Counted from the first letter of the stretch, positions 15,841 through 23,869 are shown. The stretch is DNA of 32,000 nt from Candidatus Electrothrix yaqonensis (GCA_047651235.1 CP178758.1:390001-422000), one strand, 5' to 3'. Translations and numbers: made by a program. The notes: generated by a model not told the origin, from the sequence alone.

Positions 15841-15918
15841 TGGTGGGCGGAGAGACAGGCTGAGAGTTGTACTGAGCACACTGGATCTGTTTGAAAATAA
15901 GGCGATAATTTTTCCTTC

Positions 15919-16944
15919 ATGCGTTCCTTTTGTTCTTTTCTTTGTAAAGTTATAGTCGTTGCCGGTCTGGCAGCAGGCGGCTGGTTTACTTGGTATGTTT
16001 TTTCACCCGGTCCGGGAACACAGGAGCGGATCGTCCATATTCCCAAAGGTGCAGGCGTCCGCCGGATTAAAGAGATTCTCGGGCAGGAGAAAATCATCCG
16101 TGACGATATCCGCTTTCTGATCCTGATGCGGCTTCTGTATCTCCTGGAACGGGAAAATCCGCCCCATCTGCGGGCCGGAGAATTCCGGGTGCCCCGGGGC
16201 CTGACGCCGCTGCAGATCATCCGTTTTCTGGAAACAGCGAAACCTGTCCGTTATCAGGTTACTGTGCCGGAAGGCAGGACCATGCAGGAAATAGCGGCGA
16301 TTTTTTCCGAGGACAACTGGGCTGATCCGGCAACTTTTCTGCAGCTCTGCCGGGATACAACGTTTATTCGTGAACTGGGGATTCCGGCGGATTCTCTGGA
16401 GGGATATCTTTTTCCGGAAACCTATACCCTGGTTCGCGGCGAGACAGATGAATGGCTGATCATTACCAGTATGGTGCGCCGTTTTTTTATTGTCTGGGAT
16501 AACCTGTCACAGTATCAGGATAAAACGGTACGCGCTCAGTTTGACCGGCATCAGCTCATCATTCTGGCCTCTATTGTAGAAAAAGAAACCGGAGCTGCAG
16601 AAGAACGTGAGTTCATCGCAGGGGTCTTCTACAACCGTTTACGCAAAGGAATGTTACTGCAGTCTGACCCGACCACCATTTACGGCATAGAAAATTTTAA
16701 CGGCAACCTGACCAAGGCTAATCTGCAGCGGAAAACCCCGTATAATACCTACGTGATCAGCGGGCTGCCTGCCGGGCCTATCTGTAATCCAGGAGCAGCA
16801 GCTATCAAAGCGGTCCTGTCTCCGGCAAAAGTTCCCTACCTCTATTTCGTCTCCCGAAATGACGGCAGTCATTATTTTTCCAAGACTCTGAAAGAGCATA
16901 ATCGGGCTGTGTATAAATTTCAGAAGCGCAGGAAAAAGAAATAG
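15919..16944 (+). CDS. mltG: Endolytic murein transglycosylase MltG (YceG-like)
   Basis: 341 aa with an N-terminal TM anchor, then ...RAGEFRVPRGLTPLQII..L......YQVTVPEGRTMQEIA..., LASIVEKE, LQSDPTTIYG and YNTYVISGLPAGPICNPG. Confidence 0.95.
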   Translation: MRSFCSFLCKVIVVAGLAAGGWFTWYVFSPGPGTQERIVHIPKGAGVRRIKEILGQEKIIRDDIRFLILMRLLYLLERENPPHLRAGEFRVPRGLTPLQIIRFLETAKPVRYQVTVPEGRTMQEIAAIFSEDNWADPATFLQLCRDTTFIRELGIPADSLEGYLFPETYTLVRGETDEWLIITSMVRRFFIVWDNLSQYQDKTVRAQFDRHQLIILASIVEKETGAAEEREFIAGVFYNRLRKGMLLQSDPTTIYGIENFNGNLTKANLQRKTPYNTYVISGLPAGPICNPGAAAIKAVLSPAKVPYLYFVSRNDGSHYFSKTLKEHNRAVYKFQKRRKKK

Positions 16945-17307
16945 CAGTTCATTCTACCCGTCCCATAATCCTGTTGTTCAGTTTTTTTGCCGCTTTTTCT
17001 CGTTTTTTTTGTCCTCGATATTGTCACATTTTTGATTTATTTCTTATGAAATAAGCGTATTGTTTTCTTTTGCGGGATATCCGAGGGATAGCTGTTTCAT
17101 GTATGATCTTTTTTCAGGCAGACTATTTTTTCGACCTTGAACAGGAAAGTATATTTCTTTATTATTCAAGATGGTAATGTGTACGGCAGGAAAAGATATA
17201 GATAAAGAAGGTATTGCTTTTCGCTGGCAGATAAGGTATAAATAATTTAACGGGAGGGGTTTTTGTATCAAGAACTGAACCGTTAATTTCAAGAAAATAT
17301 TTAGGTC

Positions 17308-17586
17308 ATGGAAGAGAATACCATAAACTGCTGGGAATTCAAGAAGTGCGGAAGAGAGCCGGGTGGGAAAGCTGTTGCCCTGTATGGTGTCTGTCCTGCT
17401 GCAGTTGAACAGAGAGCCGACGGCATTCATAATGGCAAAAACGGCGGTCGTTGCTGCTGGATCATCGGTGATTCATATTGCAGCGACGAAAACGGTGGAT
17501 ACAGTACCGGGAATTTCATGGTCTGCAGAAAATGTGAATTTTACCGTCTGGTCAAAGACTCTACGGATTTGCTTGTTGCGGCGTAA
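17308..17586 (+). CDS. Stand-alone two-CW domain cysteine-rich protein (92 aa)
   Basis: MEENTINCWEFKKCGREPGGKAVALYGVCPAA...DGIHNGKNGGRCCWIIGDSYC...CRKCEFYRLV. It has eight Cys and two Cys-Trp dipeptides in the pattern I recall for the 'two-CW' family. Confidence 0.75.
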   Translation: MEENTINCWEFKKCGREPGGKAVALYGVCPAAVEQRADGIHNGKNGGRCCWIIGDSYCSDENGGYSTGNFMVCRKCEFYRLVKDSTDLLVAA

Positions 17587-17712
17587 TGTAATTTGGGCAC
17601 TGTTTTGCTGTGAGTTGCGGGGCACCGGAGTCATACTGTTTGACAATATAAATCCGGTGCCTCGGCAGATAAACTATCTGCACAAAACAGGGTTGTCCAA
17701 AATAATCCGAAA

Positions 17713-18276
17713 TTAGCCCGGATGGCTCTGCTGTGCTCTGAAAAAACGGACGCCCGGTATTCGGTGCGCAGGTGCTGTTGCTCTGCTTTTTTGAGGGAAC
17801 GATTTGTCCTGACTGAACGACACCATTGCTAATAATACGCTCATTCCGACAACAAAAAGCCCGAACAACGGGATGAACCATGTATTCCTGTGAAGCCCCG
17901 GCTCCAGAACTGCTTCACCAGGAGAACCTGGCCGATAATACACAGAAATCGCCTCATTATTTCTATACTGATTTAACAGCATCCGGGAGGCATCAGGAGC
18001 TGTTCCCTCCAGTTCTCCAAATTTAATCTTTTTTCCTTCGTATACTGTTCCGTTTACGTTATATTTGTACACAATGGACGCATGATACAGCACTCCGGCA
18101 TCTTGACCGCTGTTGATCATTGACGGATTTACTTGGGACGAAACGATGACCCCATTGGCCGTCGGCCATCCCTTTGATGACAGAGCCTTATATACTTCAA
18201 AAAGGCTGTAATCGGATATTTCCAGACCTAGACCGAAAAATAAGCATCCGAGACTTAATACCATTATTTTGTTCAT
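17713..18276 (-). CDS. DUF3592 domain membrane protein
   Basis: The start at ATG 18276 (MNKIMVLSLG...) follows GGAGGAGGGAGG. N-terminal TM, WPTANGVIVSS..., ...YHASIVYKYNVNGTVYEGKKIKFG..., ISVYYRPGSPGEAVLEPG, then a second TM. This is the typical DUF3592 layout. Confidence 0.8.
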   Translation of the reverse strand: MNKIMVLSLGCLFFGLGLEISDYSLFEVYKALSSKGWPTANGVIVSSQVNPSMINSGQDAGVLYHASIVYKYNVNGTVYEGKKIKFGELEGTAPDASRMLLNQYRNNEAISVYYRPGSPGEAVLEPGLHRNTWFIPLFGLFVVGMSVLLAMVSFSQDKSFPQKSRATAPAHRIPGVRFFRAQQSHPG

Positions 18277-18603
18277 GTTCTGAAGCCTCCCTCCTCCGCG
18301 AGACCGCTGTCTCTGCATTATGCTGCCCTGTCGGAATGACTCATTTTTTCGACAGGAAATGTCGTTGATATCCCGCCGGATTGTCGGTCAGGATTCCCAT
18401 ACGATATAATTGAAAATTACTGGAACGTTTCCAGTATCAATTCAGAAGATCAGGAGGTGCATCGGTCTATTGAGAAAGCAGAAATTAATTTTAATTAAAG
18501 AAAAAACAAAAAAACAGACAGCACCCCTATGTTCCCTGATTGCAGGAAGCAGAGCTTGCTGCGCAGAGTCGGAAGTGCTGATACCCGATTTTATCTTTTT
18601 GAG

Positions 18604-18643
18604 TGAAGAAAAAGAAATGTCGGCAGACTGAGATCCTGCCGAC
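18604..18643 (-). terminator. Intrinsic terminator (minus strand)
   Basis: GTCGGCAG (18619-18626) pairs with CTGCCGAC (18636-18643) around a 9-nt loop. On the minus strand the stem is followed by ATTTCTTTTTCTTC. Confidence 0.55.
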
Positions 18644-18971
18644 ACGACTGGGAAGGGGGTGTACCTGCATTCTCACAACATACCTCCTGGACAGGTAAAA
18701 GTAGGCGGCCTGGCTATCTCTCTATAAGAGATCCGTGGCTTTCCGACACCGTCTCACAACGGCTGTGGCTTTTATCAACTTTCTGGTTCTGACCAGAAAG
18801 CAGGGCATTTGCTTATTGAGTGAGCATTGCCTCTTCGTTATGACTGTATTTTGTGTTTCTGCCGAAGTTGAGAGGCAGCATTTTCTCTGCTTCGACAGAT
18901 GATATAAAAGGATATTTCTGCATCCGGCCGAAAATGTATTTAACCGAACAATTATTACTGCTTTCTATACT
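18604..18971 (-). ncRNA. Candidate ~365-nt non-coding transcript (class unknown)
   Basis: Bounded by the promoter and terminator above. It contains perfect hairpins (18779-18800, 18859-18878) and no ORF with a credible RBS. It matches no RNA family I can recognise by eye. Confidence 0.3.
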
Positions 18972-18976
18972 AAAGA

Positions 18977-19005
18977 ATTATATACGTTTCTGATGACCAG
19001 GTCAA
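18977..19005 (-). promoter_or_regulatory. Near-consensus sigma70-type promoter (minus strand)
   Basis: The minus strand reads TTGACC (19005-19000), a 17-nt spacer, then TATAAT (18982-18977). Confidence 0.4.
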
Positions 19006-19060
19006 ACGAAAAAAATATATATCATGATACGCAGGAGAAATTATTTTTTTCCTAAACAGC

Positions 19061-19264
19061 TTGACTACTGCAGCCATCGATGCTGGGGCACTCAAAGCGG
19101 CGGAACCGGAGATCGTCTACCGTTCAGTTGCTGAACTGCACAAGGAGATCAAGCAGCTGGAGGCCCGGATGCACGAGGCAGCAGAAAAATTGGCCTTTGA
19201 GGAGGCGGCAGCCCTACGGGATCAGATCAAGGAGTTGAAGATACTGGAGTTGAAGATGATCTGA
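19061..19264 (+). pseudogene. uvrB: 3'-terminal remnant of uvrB (UVR coiled-coil domain only)
   Basis: ...SVAELHKEIKQLEARMHEAAEKLAFEEAAALRDQIKELK... matches the C-terminal UVR domain of UvrB. It has only a TTG start without an RBS, an in-frame TGA at 19025-19027, and no helicase core upstream. Confidence 0.6.
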
Positions 19265-19300
19265 TGAAATTTGAATTCTGCGTTGGTTTACCACATTTTT

Positions 19301-20155
19301 TCATGGAACGTCTGTTGGACCGGGCTGAGGAATAAGGCATAGCTCTCTCCGCTCTCCCAGACTGGCTTCGACTTCAAGACGCATCATGCGCACATGCACA
19401 TATCCCTTGCTGTCCACGGGATGTTTTGCCAGATATCTGTCAACAAGCTCTGTGATGAAGGCATCTCTGCGTGCAACAGGAATCTGTTCCGTATACGGCA
19501 GCCAGGTCGTGCGCACCCAGCCCTCCAATCCGGCCCGCTCAGCATAAGACATATCCTTGGGGATAAGTTCAACCCGGACAGGATGCAACCCTGCTTCCTT
19601 CAGCCAGACTGTATATAGCTCAGGCCCATAGAAACCATACGGAAAGGTGAAATCTACAAAATACTGCTGCCACTCTTTTGCAAGGATGAGTTCGTCAAGG
19701 ACGGTGAGTATAGAAGCTGCATTCCCCTTACCGGCCATCTGCAGAAGAATCCGCCCTCCTATCTTCAAGGCCCTGCTGATGCCAATAAGCACAGGACGGT
19801 GATCCTGCAGCCAATGCAGGGCGGCATTGGAAAAGATGACGTCAAACTCTGCTTCACAGGTCAGTTCTCTGGCATCTCGCTGCTGGAATGAGAGATTGGG
19901 AAAGGTTGACCAGGAAAATTTTTCCCGGGCCAGCTCCAGCATGTCTGCGGAACTGTCCACGCCAAGGATCTCACCCTGCGGCAGGAGTTGGGCTATTTCC
20001 GCTGTTATCCTGCCGTCACCGCAGCCGATATCCAGAACAGCTTCATTGCCCTGGAGGTCCAGTTTGCTGATCAGCTCTCTGGCCCAGCTCTGCTGTGCAG
20101 AGGAATGCCGGGCATAGTCTTCTGCGTCCCAGCTGTATTGTTTTTCTTCTGACAT
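19301..20155 (-). CDS. Class I SAM-dependent methyltransferase (trans-aconitate methyltransferase-like)
   Basis: Start taken at ATG 20155 (MSEEKQYSWDAEDYARHSSAQQSWARELI...). SAM motif I VLDIGCGDGRIT, then GVDSSADML and FSNAALHWL. The track ORF extends to 20215. Confidence 0.9.
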   Translation of the reverse strand: MSEEKQYSWDAEDYARHSSAQQSWARELISKLDLQGNEAVLDIGCGDGRITAEIAQLLPQGEILGVDSSADMLELAREKFSWSTFPNLSFQQRDARELTCEAEFDVIFSNAALHWLQDHRPVLIGISRALKIGGRILLQMAGKGNAASILTVLDELILAKEWQQYFVDFTFPYGFYGPELYTVWLKEAGLHPVRVELIPKDMSYAERAGLEGWVRTTWLPYTEQIPVARRDAFITELVDRYLAKHPVDSKGYVHVRMMRLEVEASLGERRELCLIPQPGPTDVP

Positions 20156-20203
20156 AGTTTTTTTTTCTGCGCAATGATTGGTTATTTCTGTCAGCTGCCT
20201 CAT
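19995..20203. repeat. Copy A of a ~190-200 bp diverged direct repeat (methyltransferase 5' end plus upstream)
   Basis: Aligns with 21915-22120. Examples: GCAGCCGATATCCAGAACAGCTTCATTGCCCTGGAGGTCCAGTTTGCTGATCAGCTCTCTGGCCCAGCTCTGCTGTGCAGAGGAATGCCGGGCATAGTCTTCTGC aligns with GCAGCCGATGTCCGGAACTGCTTCGTCGCCTTGAAGGTCCAGTTTGCTGATCAGCTCTCCGGCCCAGCTCTGCTGCGCAGAGGAATGCCGAGCATAGTCTTCTGC. CTGCGCAATGATTGGTT is shared downstream. Confidence 0.85.
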
Positions 20204-20466
20204 TCTAAACCTCAAATGGCCTATTGTAAATTACAAATAGGTCGGTCGGAATTTAGGATGTTTTGTTTTCAACAAATAGGAGAGTCTGGATGCCTTGCAA
20301 GACGAAGATTCGCTCCCGCGCTCCCTTCTCCGCGTGGTTTGACTTTGCCCTATGCTGCGGGAGTGGATACTTTTTTGCCTTATTCACAGTGTTAAAACCA
20401 AATAATCTCTCTTTTACTTTGCTATCATATATGATAGCATCAAAATAAAAACTCTATACACTGAAC

Positions 20467-20919
20467 ATGGTGCCGAAAGTCGTAATCGATACGAATATTA
20501 TTGTATCAGCATTAATAAGCAGCAGGGGCAGTTACTCAAGGAAAATTGTTGAAAAAGTTTTTAAAGACAAAATTACTCCGCTTATGGGAGAGGCTTTATT
20601 CAATGAACACATTGAAGTTACCAGCAGACAGAATATATTCAAATCATGCGTTTTGGATGAAGGGACGAGACGAGAGTTTCTCCGGGCATACATGAGGTGC
20701 TGTCGCTGGTGCAGGATTTACTACAATTGGAGGCCGAATCTCCAGGATGAAGATGAAGGGGACAATCATATCATTGAACTGGCTGTCGGGGGAGGAGCGG
20801 ACTGTATCATCACGAAAAACATTAGAGATTTAAAAAGCGGGGAGCTTTTGTTCGATAATTTGCGGATTGTTACACCTGATGAATTTATTGAGGAGGCACT
20901 ATGGGAACAGTTACAGTAA
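20467..20919 (+). CDS. PIN-domain toxin (PIN_3 / TIGR00305-like)
   Basis: 150 aa: VVIDTNIIVSALIS..., acidic residues ...DEDEGDNHIIELAV.GGADCIITKNIRDL. This is the typical PIN acidic quartet layout. Confidence 0.85.
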   Translation: MVPKVVIDTNIIVSALISSRGSYSRKIVEKVFKDKITPLMGEALFNEHIEVTSRQNIFKSCVLDEGTRREFLRAYMRCCRWCRIYYNWRPNLQDEDEGDNHIIELAVGGGADCIITKNIRDLKSGELLFDNLRIVTPDEFIEEALWEQLQ

Positions 20920-21122
20920 GGCTGCCGGATGATACTCACAGAAGAGTCAAGGAATTGGCAGCATCAAGAAAAACGAGTATAAACAAGCTCTATGAAGAAT
21001 TCACGATAATGGCTTTAACTGCATTTGATGTCGAAAACCGTTTTAAAGCTATGGCTGGTAAAGGCAGTAAAGAGCGGGGACTTGAATTGTTAAAAAAACT
21101 TCAAACCCATTACGACGAATAG
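20901..21122 (+). CDS. Ribbon-helix-helix (CopG/Arc-like) antitoxin
   Basis: 73 aa: MGTVTVRLPDDTHRRVKELAASRKTSINKLYEEF... (beta-strand then two helices). GAGGAGG lies 4 nt upstream of the ATG. It overlaps the PIN gene by 19 nt. Confidence 0.75.
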   Translation: MGTVTVRLPDDTHRRVKELAASRKTSINKLYEEFTIMALTAFDVENRFKAMAGKGSKERGLELLKKLQTHYDE

Positions 21123-21368
21123 CGGAACAACAGTATCTTTAGTTCCAGCCATTGTGTGCTCAGATTTTAAACTGTGATACCTCGTGTATACAAAGAAGGT
21201 CCCGCCTGATACCTGGGACCCTTTCTGGATGAAAAAAATGGAACCACAAAGCTCTGAGTGAGGAAGATTGAGGAAGGAGTCAACTTGACGTTGAGTTTTT
21301 TGTTGACTTTAAGTGCATAATATTTGTTTTAATGAACAAAAACAATAATGAGAAGATAGGGAGGGGTA

Positions 21369-21839
21369 GTGAGATTACTCATCAGCTCTGTTCTTTTGGC
21401 TTCTTTTTTAACCTGTTCCGGATGTATCGAGGATAAGGATAACACATCGCAACAATCTGAAGCACCTCAGAAAGTCCAGAAGCCTCAGGAAACTCAAGAA
21501 TTCCAGGAAGCTGCTCTTATACGTATATCACCGAGAAAGATTAAATGGAATGGTGGTCAGGATTGCGATGACCTCGATTTTTATAATCAATTTCATTATT
21601 ATGAACTTTATATTGATGAAAAGCTGGTATATAGAAATCGACTGAGATCAACAAGTGAGGAAGACGAACCGACCGAGTGGCAACTCCCCCTTGGGCAACA
21701 TCAAATTCGAGTTTGTGCTGAAGGTTTCGTCCCTTTTGATAAACAGATTGAGGTCGTTGGGAAAGAAAATCGAGCGTCAACCATTCAGTATTTCGGAATG
21801 GTTCTTGTCCGAACCGAGCAGAATAAGGATAAAAAGTAG
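21369..21839 (+). CDS. Secreted/lipoprotein-like protein with a PEGA-like C-terminal domain
   Basis: GTG start after GGGAGGGG. Signal MRLLISSVLLASFLTCSGC (non-canonical lipobox), a Q/E/P-rich linker, and a C-terminus ...LPLGQHQIRVCAEGFVPFDKQIEV that resembles a PEGA domain. Confidence 0.6.
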   Translation: MRLLISSVLLASFLTCSGCIEDKDNTSQQSEAPQKVQKPQETQEFQEAALIRISPRKIKWNGGQDCDDLDFYNQFHYYELYIDEKLVYRNRLRSTSEEDEPTEWQLPLGQHQIRVCAEGFVPFDKQIEVVGKENRASTIQYFGMVLVRTEQNKDKK

Positions 21840-21874
21840 TTGTGTTCTGTTATACCGGGTGAGCGTTTGGCGCG

Positions 21875-22072
21875 TTACTCAGCTTCATCTTGCTGATCTT
21901 TATTGATTTTATTACTTCCTGCTTTCCAGCCCTCCCAGCAGCCGATGTCCGGAACTGCTTCGTCGCCTTGAAGGTCCAGTTTGCTGATCAGCTCTCCGGC
22001 CCAGCTCTGCTGCGCAGAGGAATGCCGAGCATAGTCTTCTGCATTCCATCTGTACTGCTTTTTTTTCGCCAT
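21875..22072 (-). pseudogene. Truncated paralogous 5' fragment of the methyltransferase gene
   Basis: MAKKKQYRWNAEDYARHSSAQQSWAGELISKLDLQGDEAVPDIGC... parallels MSEEKQYSWDAEDYARHSSAQQSWARELISKLDLQGNEAVLDIGC of the intact gene. It then diverges (WEGWKAGSNKINK...) and stops. Confidence 0.75.
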
Positions 22073-22120
22073 AGTTTTTTTCCTGCGCAATGATTGGTTC
22101 TCTCTGATCTTGCATTCATT
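21915..22120. repeat. Copy B of the diverged direct repeat
   Basis: See copy A (19995-20203). The offset is ~1.92 kb, with roughly one mismatch per 8-9 positions by eye. Confidence 0.85.
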
Positions 22121-22777
22121 AATCGCGGTATTCTAAATGGAGGCTCTTAAAGTTCGGATAAAGATAAACCAGTTCGCCCTCAGGTCCAATTTCCGCCAAT
22201 CTTCCCTCTGAAATCTGTCCCTTTCCGGCAAAATATCCCCTGTTGCAAGTACGCAATACCACTGTAGCGATATTGTTCAATCACGGTTAAAAATTTTCCC
22301 TGAAAAGATTTTTTTATTGTAATCCTTTCTCCTTCTCCGGGCAGAAACCTGTCCGGCCAATTATATTGGAAAAAATATTAATTTAAAGTAAAAAAATAAC
22401 AAAACCAGAGAGTAAAATGGCTGTTATGAATAATAATCTCTTTTAACTTATTGTTTTTACGTTTTTTATTTGACATATAAAATTTGGTGTTGTATTTTGC
22501 GTTTACGATATAAATTTTATATTGTTCTGATCTTTGCAGGTGATATTGCTTTCCGGGAGGAACCGGAGAGCTGAAAAAGCCACAACTGCCGCGAGGTAGT
22601 GCCGGAAAGCTACGGGTCTTCATCAGAGGAGACGGCCGGGCTACCTGCTTTCTGTTTCTTTTATATCGGGAGGTGATACCAATGATGAAAAAATAAGATA
22701 AAAAGAAGTTCGGATCACAAAGTGTATCAATCAGTTCATCAAAAAATCACCTGAACAAAGAATAGGAAGGAAATACC

Positions 22778-23812
22778 ATGAAGAAGATTATATTAGGGGC
22801 AGGAGCAATTTGTGCGGTAAGTTTACTCGCCGGTGCGGTGGAAAGTAATGCCGATATCACGGTATATACAGACAAGGCTGCGTGGGAGGCTGCTGTAGCT
22901 GACTTGGAGGGGGAATGTACCGTCACGACTGAAGACTTTGAGGGTGTCCTTGAGCATGGCTGGAGTGTTGATTCTACGTACAACAACCCCAATATTGATC
23001 CTGTTTGTACTGGTACTGTGCTGTGCAACCCAGCTAGAACAGCCCGTACTGTAAACGGAGAATGGTATGACAGACTGGTAAACAGATCAGGAGACGATGG
23101 GTATTATTCTGACACTCTCTGGAGGTTTGCAAAAGGAGGGGAAGGTGCTTATGCGTTCGGTGGAGATTGGGATCTCACGGTAGAGGGTTACGGTTCAGAG
23201 ATTGAGGTGTGTGATAAAAATTTGCAATGTAAAGCGGTTCCCACTCTTCCAAATACCCTCAATGGATTCTGGGGTCTTGTGTCTACTGCACCTTTTACCG
23301 ACGTTCTTCTCTGGACCGTCGGCGGCCAAGAAACCTATACGCTGGATAACATGGTTATAGCTTTTGACGATGACTGCCATGACTGCACCCCGGTTGATGA
23401 CTTTAAAGCGCTGATCAACATAGACCGTACCGAGGACGATCACGATAGGGCTAGATTCCAGATGCTTGGTGCGGCAGAGGTGCCGAATGGCGTGTGTACT
23501 GAGGACTTCAATCTTACACTGACGGATTCCGCTCACAACGAAGTGTTTAATACTGACGACCTACCTGCGGGTGCGGATGTGCATTGCAAGTGTAACTTGC
23601 AGGAGAATTGTTTTGTTACAGTCAGGGCGACTGACATTGATCAAGAGGTTCTGGATGCTTCCATTTCCGCATTTAATCCCATCACTGCGACGTTTACTGT
23701 TGGTGCCCAATGCTATGAGAGCACAGACGACTGGAGACAGCAGGACAGCGGCAGTACTACTGTTACTCCTGATGCTAACAAGAGCCAGTGGAGCAAGTTC
23801 AGAACCCCGTAA
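22778..23812 (+). CDS. Secreted hypothetical protein (344 aa), Asp/Cys-rich
   Basis: AGGAAGGAAATACC precedes the ATG. Signal peptide MKKIILGAGAICAVSLLAGAVESNA. The N-terminal ITVYTDKAAWEAAV...TEDFEG resembles the start of many exported anchor-type proteins. No C-terminal sorting signal is seen. Confidence 0.7.
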   Translation: MKKIILGAGAICAVSLLAGAVESNADITVYTDKAAWEAAVADLEGECTVTTEDFEGVLEHGWSVDSTYNNPNIDPVCTGTVLCNPARTARTVNGEWYDRLVNRSGDDGYYSDTLWRFAKGGEGAYAFGGDWDLTVEGYGSEIEVCDKNLQCKAVPTLPNTLNGFWGLVSTAPFTDVLLWTVGGQETYTLDNMVIAFDDDCHDCTPVDDFKALINIDRTEDDHDRARFQMLGAAEVPNGVCTEDFNLTLTDSAHNEVFNTDDLPAGADVHCKCNLQENCFVTVRATDIDQEVLDASISAFNPITATFTVGAQCYESTDDWRQQDSGSTTVTPDANKSQWSKFRTP

Positions 23813-23869
23813 ATAATAACCTTTTGGAAGTCGGAAATTCCGGTTTTCGTATTTGTTTAAAATCCCCTG

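Noticed and set aside
17224-17240. Sigma54-type promoter (TGGCAG-N5-GTATA) upstream of the two-CW gene
   Set aside because: The -24 element is approximate and the -12 element lacks the TGC core. The evidence is insufficient.
18410-18645. Overlapping 73-aa (+) and 67-aa (-) ORFs
   Set aside because: They are mutually antisense in AT-rich DNA. Neither has an RBS or recognisable motifs, and the minus ORF begins inside the terminator hairpin.
22121-22370. Minus-strand open stretch ...GEGERITIKKSFQGKFLTVIEQYRYSGIAYLQQGIF / GKGQISEGRLAEIGPEGELVYLYPNFKSLHLEYRD
   Set aside because: It has no start codon and is split over two frames, and I recognise no family. It may be a gene remnant beside the displaced methyltransferase fragment, but it is not supportable as a feature.
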